DNA from: Streptococcus sp. | GTDB taxonomy: Bacteria; Bacillota; Bacilli; Lactobacillales; Streptococcaceae | NCBI RefSeq assembly: GCF_041802885.1 | Contig: NZ_JBHCHN010000021.1 | Span: 1,061 to 65,060, forward strand | DNA length: 64,000 nucleotides | Direction: 5' to 3' | Part shown: positions 1-10,512 of the stretch, piece by piece | Layout of the letters: every line of letters starts with the position of its first letter | Position numbering within the stretch: the stretch's first letter is position 1 | Translations under genes and position numbers: made by a program | Notes under the pieces: generated by a model | The model's input: the letters and a program-made list of their open reading frames with translations, nothing else | Told to the model about the DNA's origin: nothing | The model's database searches: none

Positions 1-2
1 GG

Positions 3-1094
3 AAGGGGGGCAAATCTGCCTCCTGGCTCAATCTGTTCTTACATGGGCTCTTGGCCCTTTTTCTGGTAAATAACGCCATGTTGCCAACTCATCTATTGGC
101 CCTCTTTATGACACTTGAATTTTTTGCCATGGGCTTGATTTTGCTATTGGATTTTGGGGTCAAATGGTTCAATCAATTGAGGCCATCACTGCTCATCCTT
201 TTGGATGGTGTTGTTCATTTCGTAATTGGTTTGATTGCCCTTTTTAATTTGGATGCTACTCTGGATTTGATTTATCGCCTCTTTGGTCTGTCTCTGCTCT
301 TGCGGGGCCTCTCCAGTCTCTGGGATGCTTGGCGGATAGACAAGGTTGAGATTGCCAATAAGGGACGCAGAAAGCGGCTAGGTCTGCCTATTTTCCTATC
401 TGCCCTCATTCCTATTGGAACATTACGGGCAATCAATCGCCTGCTCAGTCCGGATAAGAGCCGGGCCATCCAGTTGGGAAACCCTTTGGAAAAAACAGGA
501 AAATCAGATCTGGAAGTCTGGATTCATACGGCGAGACGGGGATTTGAAATGATGGGACATGTTGATATTTCCTACAAGGGTGTGACCTATGCTTATGGCC
601 TATATAATCCGGAATCTAGTCGCCTCTTTGGTACAGTGGGAGATGGGGTCCTTATCCGACTTTCCAGTCAGGATTACTTGGATGCTCTGGCCCAAGATGA
701 TTGGCGGGCTGTGGTTGGCTATGGGATGGTCTTGACGGATCAACAGCAAGAGGCCATTGAAAGTCGTTTGTCCGAGATTATGAGCTATACCAAGCCTTTA
801 GTTTTGCAGACTGAGAAGCAGCAGCAGAGTTATCTGGGCCAGCTCAATAATCACTATGGTGTAGAGAGTTTCACCTTTAGCAACTCTCAGTTCAAAACCT
901 ACTTTGTCATGACCACCAACTGTGTGCTCTTGGCTGATACCATTTTGGAAGTTATCGGTACGGATAACATTGCCAATCACGGTATCTTAACTCCGGGAGT
1001 TTATCAGGATTATTTTGAAAAAGAATACCTGAATCCCCAGTCAGCAGTTATCTCAAAATTTATCTTAGGCAAGCAGGAGGTAACGGAACAATAG
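3..1094 (+). CDS. Membrane protein, HdeD/DUF308-like TM region plus C-terminal soluble domain with permuted papain-like His/Cys motifs; 5'-truncated by window edge
   Basis: Frame is open from position 3; several hydrophobic helices, then GHVD (555-566) and YFVMTTNC (Asn-Cys at 918-923). Confidence 0.7.
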   Translation, partial: KGGKSASWLNLFLHGLLALFLVNNAMLPTHLLALFMTLEFFAMGLILLLDFGVKWFNQLRPSLLILLDGVVHFVIGLIALFNLDATLDLIYRLFGLSLLLRGLSSLWDAWRIDKVEIANKGRRKRLGLPIFLSALIPIGTLRAINRLLSPDKSRAIQLGNPLEKTGKSDLEVWIHTARRGFEMMGHVDISYKGVTYAYGLYNPESSRLFGTVGDGVLIRLSSQDYLDALAQDDWRAVVGYGMVLTDQQQEAIESRLSEIMSYTKPLVLQTEKQQQSYLGQLNNHYGVESFTFSNSQFKTYFVMTTNCVLLADTILEVIGTDNIANHGILTPGVYQDYFEKEYLNPQSAVISKFILGKQEVTEQ

Positions 1095-1185
1095 ATTGAG
1101 GGCCTTTGGCCCTTTTTCTTATGAAATTATTCTTTTTGGGTTAGATTTTGCTATAATGGACTCAGAGAAATCAGGAGGAATCCAA

Positions 1186-2148
1186 ATGAAATTAGCCTTA
1201 CTTGGAACGGGTATGATTGTGTCGGAAGTCTTGCCGGTCTTGCGAGATATGAATGGGATTGAGCTGGTGGCCATCCTATCCACACCGCGCTCGATTGAGA
1301 AAGCCAAGAGCCTGGCAGCAGAATATGGCCTGCCCCAGGCGACCAGCCACTATGAGGATATTCTGGCCAATCCTCAGGTGGACACTGTCTATGTTGGGAC
1401 ACCCAACCATACCCACTATGACTACGCCAAGCAGGCCCTTTTGGCTGGCAAACATGTAATTTGTGAAAAGCCCTTTACCTTGCTGGCAGAAGAGTTGGAA
1501 GACTTGGTCCGCATCGCAGAGGAGAAAAAGCTTTTCCTCCTGGAAGCCATCACCAACCAGTATTTGGGGAATTTCCACTTCATCAAAGAAAACCTGGACA
1601 AACTAGGGGATGTCAAGATTGTGTCCTGCAATTACTCCCAATACAGCTCACGTTATGATGCCTTCAAGCGTGGGGAAATTGCGCCAGCTTTTAACCCAGA
1701 GATGGGGGGAGGTGCCCTACGGGACCTCAATATCTACAATATCCATCTGGTGGTCGGCCTTTTTGGTCAGCCTCAGTCGGTGCAATACCTGGCCAATATG
1801 GAGCGGGGAATTGATACCTCGGGGATGCTGGTGATGGACTACGGGGCTTTCAAGTGCGTCTGTATCGGGGCTAAGGACTGTGCGGCGGAAATCAAGTCTA
1901 CGATTCAAGGCGACAAGGGGTCTATGTCTGTTTTTGGCTCAACTGGTGCCATGCCAGCCATCAACCTCCAACTCAATGGTCAAGAGGGGCAAGATTTGGA
2001 TTTGAATGGTCCTCATCACCGCATGCACGATGAATTTGTAGCATTTGAGGAGATGATAGCTGGTCAAGATTTTGCCAGAGCTCAAGCGGCCCTTGACCAT
2101 AGCCGGACTGTCATGCAGGTCCTGGATCAGGCTGTGAAGTCAATGTAG
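1186..2148 (+). CDS. Gfo/Idh/MocA family oxidoreductase
   Basis: LGTGMI Rossmann start, HVICEKP motif, GGGALRDLNIY; SD GGAGG before ATG 1186; TGCTATAAT promoter upstream. Confidence 0.9.
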   Translation: MKLALLGTGMIVSEVLPVLRDMNGIELVAILSTPRSIEKAKSLAAEYGLPQATSHYEDILANPQVDTVYVGTPNHTHYDYAKQALLAGKHVICEKPFTLLAEELEDLVRIAEEKKLFLLEAITNQYLGNFHFIKENLDKLGDVKIVSCNYSQYSSRYDAFKRGEIAPAFNPEMGGGALRDLNIYNIHLVVGLFGQPQSVQYLANMERGIDTSGMLVMDYGAFKCVCIGAKDCAAEIKSTIQGDKGSMSVFGSTGAMPAINLQLNGQEGQDLDLNGPHHRMHDEFVAFEEMIAGQDFARAQAALDHSRTVMQVLDQAVKSM

Positions 2149-2259
2149 TTGATAGACTATTGGCCTTTGACCGATGGAAGTCAGGAGTCTTTGTTTTCAA
2201 ATGTTAAAAATGTATGACATTTGACTCATTTTAATCTTCAAACCAAAAATATGGTATAA

Positions 2260-3681
<1,422 letters not shown>

Positions 3682-3715
3682 ACTAGATTGAGAGTAGGCT
3701 TGCCTGCTCTTTTTC

Positions 3716-3784
3716 TGCATGTCAGCTCCATTTCGTGCATCTTATCTTCTATCAAGTATTTTTGGCTCATTATTCTGCTATAAT
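3716..3784 (+). promoter_or_regulatory. Putative LytTR-system promoter: direct repeat TGCATGTCA-N11-TGCATCTTA plus extended -10 TGCTATAAT
   Basis: TGCAT at 3716 and 3736 (20-bp period); TGnTATAAT at 3776-3784 upstream of the LytTR gene. Confidence 0.5.
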
Positions 3785-3802
3785 AAGGCAAGGAGAAGAG
3801 CT

Positions 3803-4255
3803 GTGAAGTTACGTTTAGAAGAAATTTCCAAAGGGCAGGAAGAGGTCATTGTTCGCTATCGGCAGATGAATGCGACAGTTCAAGCCATTTGCGAGCTGGT
3901 CCAAGAAGACCCAAAAAAATTGCTGGTGGAGACAGATTTGGGCAGTCGGTATATCTTGGTAGATGACCTCCTCTATTTTGAAAGCATTGACGGTAAAACC
4001 TTTGCCTATACAGAGAATTCTGTCTATCAGGTCCACCATAGTCTCAAAGATTTGGTTCAGGCTTATCAGGATAGGGGATTTTTTCGAGCAGCCAAGGCCC
4101 TGGTTCTCAACCTTTATCGGATTGCCCAATTTAAAAGCCAATCCTTTGGACGGATCGAGGCGACCTTGGACAATGGGGAAAAAGTGATTATTTCGCGCAA
4201 ATACGCTACCAAGCTCAGGCAATTACTGGAGGAAGGAGTGGCCGATGAGGACTAA
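3803..4255 (+). CDS. LytTR family DNA-binding protein lacking a receiver domain (LRS regulator)
   Basis: GTG start after AGGAG; LLYFESIDGKTF, FFRAAKALVLNL and IISRKY LytTR motifs. Confidence 0.88.
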   Translation: MKLRLEEISKGQEEVIVRYRQMNATVQAICELVQEDPKKLLVETDLGSRYILVDDLLYFESIDGKTFAYTENSVYQVHHSLKDLVQAYQDRGFFRAAKALVLNLYRIAQFKSQSFGRIEATLDNGEKVIISRKYATKLRQLLEEGVADED

Positions 4256-4700
4256 GTGGGAAGAAGTTTTAAGCCAAGAAATTGCCATTAAATATAAATC
4301 AGGTATCTATAGTCTCTGCCATCTTTTATACTGTGCCCTCTACCTGATCAGTCAGCAGCGGGACCAGATTGGTTTGCTCCAGCTGGCAGAGATTGTGCTC
4401 CTGGCCTGGTTCATCAATCATCTTCAAGTTTATTTTTTGGATAATTTCGATGAAGCGGATCAGATTTCAGGTAAATGGTGGCTCTCTGCCATCCTCTGCT
4501 CTATCCTTTACATGCTTGCAGCAGGCTATTTGAGTTGGTTTGGGGGAGATAAATTAGCCACCATCGGTTTTGGCTTCTTCCAACTATTTTGCTACATAGG
4601 CGTTTATATCAATAATAAAATCAAGCGCCAGATCGATAGCAAACAGCTTAACAAACAGCTGCAAGACTTCAAACAAAGAAGGGGGAATCACCATGGGTGA
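4245..4700 (+). CDS. DUF3021-like membrane protein (LRS inhibitor partner)
   Basis: Overlaps the LytTR stop; about 4 TM helices; 151 aa. Confidence 0.75.
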   Translation: MRTKWEEVLSQEIAIKYKSGIYSLCHLLYCALYLISQQRDQIGLLQLAEIVLLAWFINHLQVYFLDNFDEADQISGKWWLSAILCSILYMLAAGYLSWFGGDKLATIGFGFFQLFCYIGVYINNKIKRQIDSKQLNKQLQDFKQRRGNHHG

Positions 4701-5526
4701 AACAGTGGTAAACATCCAAGGACTGGAAAAATATTATGGGAAGCATTTGGCAGTCAGCAACCTGACCCTGTCTGTTCAGAAAGGGGAGATTTTTGGTTTT
4801 TTGGGAGCCAATGGGGCTGGCAAATCAACGGTCATTCGTTGTCTTTTGGGTCTTATCAAGAAAAGCAGGGGAGAAATGACTCTCTTTGCGGGGAAATATG
4901 ATAGCCTGACTGAAAAACTAGCTCACATCGGCTACCTGCCCTCTGAATCGCAATTTTACCCAGATATGACCGTCAAGGAAATCATTGCTTTAGCAGCAAG
5001 GGCCAGGAAAAAAGATTGCAGGGCAGAAGCCGAGCGGATTTGTCAAATCTTAGAAGTTCCAGTCGAAAAGAAAATCAAGGATTTATCCCTGGGCAATCGC
5101 AAGAAGGTCAGCATTGTCTGCGCCCTCCAGCACCAGCCAGAACTCTTGATTTTGGATGAGCCGACATCTGGCTTAGACCCTCTCATGCAGGAGCGCTTTT
5201 TCAAGCTGATTAAAGAGGCTTGTGCAGCTGGGGCCACCTGCTTCTTGTCTTCCCACAATCTAGCAGAAGTCAAAAACTACTGTGACCGGGCAGCCATCAT
5301 CAGAGAAGGTCAGCTCTTAACCATCGATACGATTGAAAATTTGACCCGCAGCCAAACCAAGCGGGTCACCATCTGGAAGGACGGTCAGGAAGAACACTTT
5401 AACTTTGAAGGGACCAGTTTGGAGCTGTTGGCCCATTTACAGGACTTGCAGCCTTCTGATTTCTTGGTAGAAGAGCCCTCGCTAGAAGAACTCTTCTTAC
5501 ACTATTATGAGGAGGTGGAAGCATGA
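4693..5526 (+). CDS. ABC transporter ATP-binding protein (exporter type)
   Basis: Walker A GANGAGKS, LSLGN signature, LILDEPTSGLDP. Confidence 0.93.
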   Translation: MGETVVNIQGLEKYYGKHLAVSNLTLSVQKGEIFGFLGANGAGKSTVIRCLLGLIKKSRGEMTLFAGKYDSLTEKLAHIGYLPSESQFYPDMTVKEIIALAARARKKDCRAEAERICQILEVPVEKKIKDLSLGNRKKVSIVCALQHQPELLILDEPTSGLDPLMQERFFKLIKEACAAGATCFLSSHNLAEVKNYCDRAAIIREGQLLTIDTIENLTRSQTKRVTIWKDGQEEHFNFEGTSLELLAHLQDLQPSDFLVEEPSLEELFLHYYEEVEA

Positions 5527-6311
5527 TACTTCTGTTGCACGAAATAAAAGAAAATCGTAAAAGCTTGCTCATCTGGTCTTTAACCGTAGGTTTGATTTGT
5601 TATGGCTGTATCTTACTGTATAAGAGTGTATCAGGACAGCTGGCAGAAGTAGCTGACCTCTATGCCAATATGGGAGAGATGACCAAGGCTCTGGGCATGG
5701 ACAAGGTTAGTTTAGCGACTCTAGATGGCTATTATGCCACCCAAATCGCCCTCATGTTTGGCTTGGGGGCAGGCATGTTTGCGGCCATGTTGGGGGTTAA
5801 CAGCCTGTCCAAGGAAGAAGAAGGGCATACCAGTGAATTTCTCTATACCTTGCCTTATCAACGCAAGACCATCTTCTTGTGGAAATTTCTCAGTGTCCTG
5901 GTCCTCATCCTATCATTCAATGCGATTGCTGTTGGACTTAGTTTGTTAGGAATCTGGCAGTTGGATATGACCTTTTCCTACCAGGCCATGTTCCATTATC
6001 ACTTGCTTGCCCTCCTTATGCAGCTTGAATTAGCCAGCCTAGGCTTTCTGATCTCTGCTATCAGTTCTAAGAAACAGACAGGACTGGCTATGGGCTTGGT
6101 GTTATTGACTTACAGCCTGGATATGATGGTGCGTATTGTACCGGACTTGGACAAACTCAAGTACCTGACCCCTTATTACTATGCTAGTGGAGCGGATGTC
6201 TTTAGTCAGGTGGACTTGGATATACTTTTGCTCATCAAAGCGGGAGTTGTGATTCTTGCCTCACTTCTCTTCTCGGTGATGATCCTGGAGAAAAAAGATT
6301 TGAAGGCTTGA
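5523..6311 (+). CDS. ABC-2 type transporter permease
   Basis: Six TM segments, SKEEEGHTSEFLYTLP motif; coupled to the ATPase. Confidence 0.88.
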   Translation: MILLLHEIKENRKSLLIWSLTVGLICYGCILLYKSVSGQLAEVADLYANMGEMTKALGMDKVSLATLDGYYATQIALMFGLGAGMFAAMLGVNSLSKEEEGHTSEFLYTLPYQRKTIFLWKFLSVLVLILSFNAIAVGLSLLGIWQLDMTFSYQAMFHYHLLALLMQLELASLGFLISAISSKKQTGLAMGLVLLTYSLDMMVRIVPDLDKLKYLTPYYYASGADVFSQVDLDILLLIKAGVVILASLLFSVMILEKKDLKA

Positions 6312-6353
6312 TGGAATAAACAAAAAAGTATGGAGTTTTGGCTCCATACTTTT

Positions 6354-7190
6354 TTATCGGTGTTCTCGTCGCCATTTGGTGGGGGATTGTTGGTAGTGGC
6401 GTTTGAAGGCTGTTGAAAAATTAAACTGATTGGAATAACCGACAGACTCTGCGATTTCTTGCAGGGTTTTATTGGTATTTTTCAATAACTCACAGGCTTC
6501 GCTGAGGCGGTACTGGATGATGAATTGCTGGGGGGAGATATTAACTTGCTCCTTGAAGAGACGGCTGAAGTAGTGGCGGTTGAGATTGCACTGCTGGGCC
6601 AAGTCATCGACTGAAATAGGTTTTTCAAAATTTCGCTCAATGAAGTTCAGCGCTTCGCGGATATAAAACTCTTTTATTTCATCGTGTTTACTGGTGCGAT
6701 GGTTCAGTGATTCATCAATTAAGGCGGAGATGAAAAGGTAGAGATGACCGATGATTTCAGCACTCTTTGACTGATAATTTTCGAGGATTGCCATCAATTC
6801 TTTGTAGACTGGGCTCAGTGCAGCAGGACTTTTTTGGGAAAAGATAGGTTGTTGGCGGGATAGACCAGCCTGTCTTAAAAAATGTTCGGTCTTTAAACCA
6901 TCAAACTCAACCCAGATATAGGTCCAAGGGTCTTTCTCATCTGCCTCATAGCTGCAGATCATATTGGGAGAGATAAGGAAGCCTTGACCGGCAGTCAGCC
7001 GATGGACACGCTGTCCCTGTGTGTCATAAAAATGTCCTGAACCAGAAACGATATAGTGAAAGAGATAGTGCTGTTTGGATGTTGGTCCGAAAGAATGAAG
7101 AGGAAGACATTCTTCCATTCCAAATTGAATGGGATAAAAATCCATATAGGACCGGTTATTAAAAACATGAAACTCCATCTTATTTGCCAT
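6354..7190 (-). CDS. AraC/MsmR family transcriptional regulator
   Basis: N-terminal cupin (HYLFHYIVSGSG) and C-terminal AraC HTH (IAESVGYSNQFNFSTAFKR); divergent from the sugar ABC genes. Confidence 0.9.
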   Translation of the reverse strand: MANKMEFHVFNNRSYMDFYPIQFGMEECLPLHSFGPTSKQHYLFHYIVSGSGHFYDTQGQRVHRLTAGQGFLISPNMICSYEADEKDPWTYIWVEFDGLKTEHFLRQAGLSRQQPIFSQKSPAALSPVYKELMAILENYQSKSAEIIGHLYLFISALIDESLNHRTSKHDEIKEFYIREALNFIERNFEKPISVDDLAQQCNLNRHYFSRLFKEQVNISPQQFIIQYRLSEACELLKNTNKTLQEIAESVGYSNQFNFSTAFKRHYQQSPTKWRREHR

Positions 7191-7347
7191 AAAATACAGG
7201 GATCTCCTTTGAATCTTCAGATAGTCAGTTATAATAAATGAATACGCTATCATTATACTATATTTATATGAATTTGTGACATTATATATGCAAAAAACCA
7301 AAAAAATCTCAAAATCATATAGAAAAGGTCAAATATTCCTATGTTTT

Positions 7348-7361
7348 TGAAAGCGTTTTTT
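7348..7361. promoter_or_regulatory. cre-like CcpA site
   Basis: TGAAAGCGTTTTTT is close to the TGWAANCGNTWNCA consensus, upstream of the sugar operon. Confidence 0.55.
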
Positions 7362-7438
7362 TGGTATTCTAATAACAGAAATCATCAGAGTATCTCAAGT
7401 TGGTAGACTTGGGAAAATCAGAAAAAGGAGTTATATAG

Positions 7439-8713
7439 ATGAAAAAAGTACGTTTCTATGCGGGAATTTTAGCGACAGCTGCCCTGCTAGCTGCTTGTTC
7501 CGGTTCAAATAGTAGCGGTTCTTCTTCAAGCTCAAAGGCTTCAGGAAAAACAGAAATTTCCTATGCCATCTGGGATTCTGGCCAGGAGCCGGGCATTCGA
7601 CAGATTGCAGACAAGTTTGAAGAAAAAAATCCAGATATTAAAATCAACATCCAAGTGGTGGATTGGGATAACTATTGGACCATGTTAGAAGCTGGGGCGA
7701 CAGGTGGTTCGTTGCCGGATACTTTCTGGATGCACTCCAATGAAATTTACCGTTATGGCTCCAATGAAATGCTGTTGCCTTTGGATGATTATTTGGCAAA
7801 GAGCAAAGAAGCTAAGCTGGAGAATTTCCCAGATGGTCTCAATGAAATCTACAATATCAAAGGTAAACAGTACGCCGTGCCAAAAGATTTTGATACCATC
7901 GGTCTCTGGTACAACAAGAAGATGTTTGATGAGGCAGGAATTCCTTATCCGGATGATACTTGGGATTGGAACAAACTAAAAGAAGTTGCGAAAAAATTAA
8001 CCAAATCTGACGGCAGCCAGTATGGTTTTGGGGCAGGTCTCAGCAACCAAGAGGGCTACTACAACTTTATCTACCAAAATGGCGGCACTGTGATTACAGA
8101 TGACATGAAGTCAGGCTATGACGATCCAAAAACCATCGAAGCCCTTGATTATTACTTCAGCTTCGTCAAAGAAAAACTCTCTCCGGCCCTGACAGTAGAT
8201 AAGGAGCGGGCAGAAGCCTTCCAAAATGGTCAAGTTGCCATGAGCGTCTTTGGTTCTTGGAACCTGTCCGGATTTTCAGCCAATGATTATATTCGTGAAA
8301 ATGCAGATGTAGCAGTTCTGCCAAAAGGACCAGATGGAACACGCGCAACGATTTTCAACGGTCTGGGAAATGCCATTGCCGCCAACACTAAGAATCCAGA
8401 TGCTGCTTGGAAATGGGTAGAATACCTCAGCTCTAAAGAAGCCCAAGAAATGCAAGCCAGCTTAGGTGTTGCGATTTCCGCTTACAAGGGAACGGCAGAT
8501 ACTTGGGTGAATTCCAATAAGGATTTTGCGATTAAGAATTATGTAGACATGTTGGATTACGCTCAAATCCGTCCTTATTCTCAAACAACTTTGAAATGGG
8601 AAGACAAGGCCTATGAGCTCTTGAAACCAGCTTATTTGGGAGAAGAAGCTACAAAAGATGCAGCTCAAAAAACTGCTGACATGATGAATAAAGAGTTAGC
8701 TTCTGAGAAATAA
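7439..8713 (+). CDS. Sugar ABC transporter substrate-binding lipoprotein
   Basis: Lipobox LAAC with Ser-rich linker; family 1 SBP motifs (GLWYNKKMFDEAGI). Confidence 0.92.
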   Translation: MKKVRFYAGILATAALLAACSGSNSSGSSSSSKASGKTEISYAIWDSGQEPGIRQIADKFEEKNPDIKINIQVVDWDNYWTMLEAGATGGSLPDTFWMHSNEIYRYGSNEMLLPLDDYLAKSKEAKLENFPDGLNEIYNIKGKQYAVPKDFDTIGLWYNKKMFDEAGIPYPDDTWDWNKLKEVAKKLTKSDGSQYGFGAGLSNQEGYYNFIYQNGGTVITDDMKSGYDDPKTIEALDYYFSFVKEKLSPALTVDKERAEAFQNGQVAMSVFGSWNLSGFSANDYIRENADVAVLPKGPDGTRATIFNGLGNAIAANTKNPDAAWKWVEYLSSKEAQEMQASLGVAISAYKGTADTWVNSNKDFAIKNYVDMLDYAQIRPYSQTTLKWEDKAYELLKPAYLGEEATKDAAQKTADMMNKELASEK

Positions 8714-8771
8714 AAGAAGGGTCTGGGGGAGAGTCAAACTTCTCCAGACCTTATTGTTTAAGGAGTCTGTT

Positions 8772-9665
8772 ATGTTTAAAAAGAAAGGGAGTTTAAACGA
8801 AGCCCTTTGGGGCTGGGCCATGGTGGCACCGACCATCATCGGTTTGATAGTGCTCAATATTATCCCCATTTTTCAAACCCTCAAAATGAGTTTTCATAAG
8901 AGTGGGGATTTTGGGCGCAATGATATCTTCGTTGGTTTTGAAAATTATCAGCGGATGCTAGGAGATGCTCAGGTGTGGCAAGCCACTTGGAATACCTTTA
9001 AGTATACCCTATTAGTGGTACCAGCAACGGTTACTCTCGCCATTTTTCTAGCTGTTTTGCTCAATTCAAAAATCAGAGGAAAGCATCTGTATCGGACTAT
9101 CTTCTTTCTGCCTATGGTGGCAGCTCCTGCTGCGGTGACCATGGTCTGGAAATGGCTCTATAATACTGATTTTGGACTGATCAACTTTGTTTTGGGAAAG
9201 ATGGGAATTGGGCGGATCAACTGGATTGAAGACCCCAAAATTGCTATGTATTCTATTGCCCTGATTGGCATTTGGAGTACAGTTGGCTATAGTATGATTT
9301 TGATTCTAGCTGGTCTCCAAGAAATTCCTAAAGATTATTATGAGGCAGCTAAAATTGATGGAGCTAGTCCTGCAAAGCAATTCTTTCAGATTACCCTGCC
9401 CTTGGTGTCGCCGACCCTCTTCTTTGTGGTGGTGACCAGCATCATCCAGTCCATGCAGGTCTTTGATGTTATCTACATGATGGAAGACATTCGCAGTCCT
9501 GCCTACGATAAGACTGTCTCACTGGTTTATCTTTTCTATAACAATTCCTTTAAATACACAGACAAGGGCTACGGTTCGACCATTGTTATCCTGCTCTTGG
9601 TGATTATCCTCTTGATTACAGCTTTGCAGATGAAAGCCCAGAAGAAATGGGTATATTACCATTAA
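8772..9665 (+). CDS. Sugar ABC transporter permease
   Basis: EAA motif YYEAAKIDGAS. Confidence 0.92.
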   Translation: MFKKKGSLNEALWGWAMVAPTIIGLIVLNIIPIFQTLKMSFHKSGDFGRNDIFVGFENYQRMLGDAQVWQATWNTFKYTLLVVPATVTLAIFLAVLLNSKIRGKHLYRTIFFLPMVAAPAAVTMVWKWLYNTDFGLINFVLGKMGIGRINWIEDPKIAMYSIALIGIWSTVGYSMILILAGLQEIPKDYYEAAKIDGASPAKQFFQITLPLVSPTLFFVVVTSIIQSMQVFDVIYMMEDIRSPAYDKTVSLVYLFYNNSFKYTDKGYGSTIVILLLVIILLITALQMKAQKKWVYYH

Positions 9666-9675
9666 GGAGGTTATT

Positions 9676-10506
9676 ATGAAAGAAAAAAGTACGAAACAAT
9701 CCATCGGGGTCCATCTCTTTCTCATCGTTGTTGCACTGGGGATGATTATTCCTTTTGTCTGGATGGTTTTGACCTCCTTCAAGTCGGTCACAGAGTCCAC
9801 GCAGATGAATCCCTTTCATTTTTTTCCAAGCCAATGGCACATCAGTAATTACACAGAAGCTATTCGCATCAATAATTTTCCTATTTTGTATTTCAATACC
9901 ATCATGATGATGCTTTGGCGGATTTTTAGTTCAGTCATGTTTTCAGCGATGGCGGCCTATGCCTTTGCCCGCTTGGAATTTCCAGGCAGAAATGTTCTCT
10001 TTGGCCTCGTTCTCTTTCAGATGATGGTGCCGCCTCAGCTCTTTGTTATTCCGCAGTATTTGATGATTGATCAGCTGGGGATGCGCAATTCTATTTTTGC
10101 TCTGGTATTCCCAGGAATTGTCAGTGCTTTTGGGACCTTCTTGCTCCGACAGTTCTTTGTGGGGCTGCCTCGGGAGTTGGAAGAATCCGCCAAGCTGGAT
10201 GGTTGCAATATCGGCCAGACCTTCTTTAAAATCATGCTGCCTTTGGCCAAGTCTGGACTGATAGCTCTGGCCATCTTTACTGCCCTCTTTGCCTTTAAGG
10301 ACCTGCTCTGGCCTTTGATTATCAACTCTAATGCTGATAAAGCTACCCTATCTAGCGCCCTTTCTAAAATTCAAGGGGCTTATGCGGTCAATTATCCACA
10401 GCTAATGGCCGCTAGTGTTCTAGCTATTTGGCCCATGGTCGCACTGTACATCATCTTCCAGAAGCAATTTATCCAAGGGATTGCTACTTCTGGCGGAAAA
10501 TTATAG
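9676..10506 (+). CDS. Sugar ABC transporter permease
   Basis: EAA motif LEESAKLDGC. Confidence 0.92.
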   Translation: MKEKSTKQSIGVHLFLIVVALGMIIPFVWMVLTSFKSVTESTQMNPFHFFPSQWHISNYTEAIRINNFPILYFNTIMMMLWRIFSSVMFSAMAAYAFARLEFPGRNVLFGLVLFQMMVPPQLFVIPQYLMIDQLGMRNSIFALVFPGIVSAFGTFLLRQFFVGLPRELEESAKLDGCNIGQTFFKIMLPLAKSGLIALAIFTALFAFKDLLWPLIINSNADKATLSSALSKIQGAYAVNYPQLMAASVLAIWPMVALYIIFQKQFIQGIATSGGKL

Positions 10507-10512
10507 GAGGAA

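Noticed and set aside
7439-10506. Sugar ABC cluster lacks an ATPase
   Set aside because: This is normal in streptococci, which share an MsmK-type ATPase.
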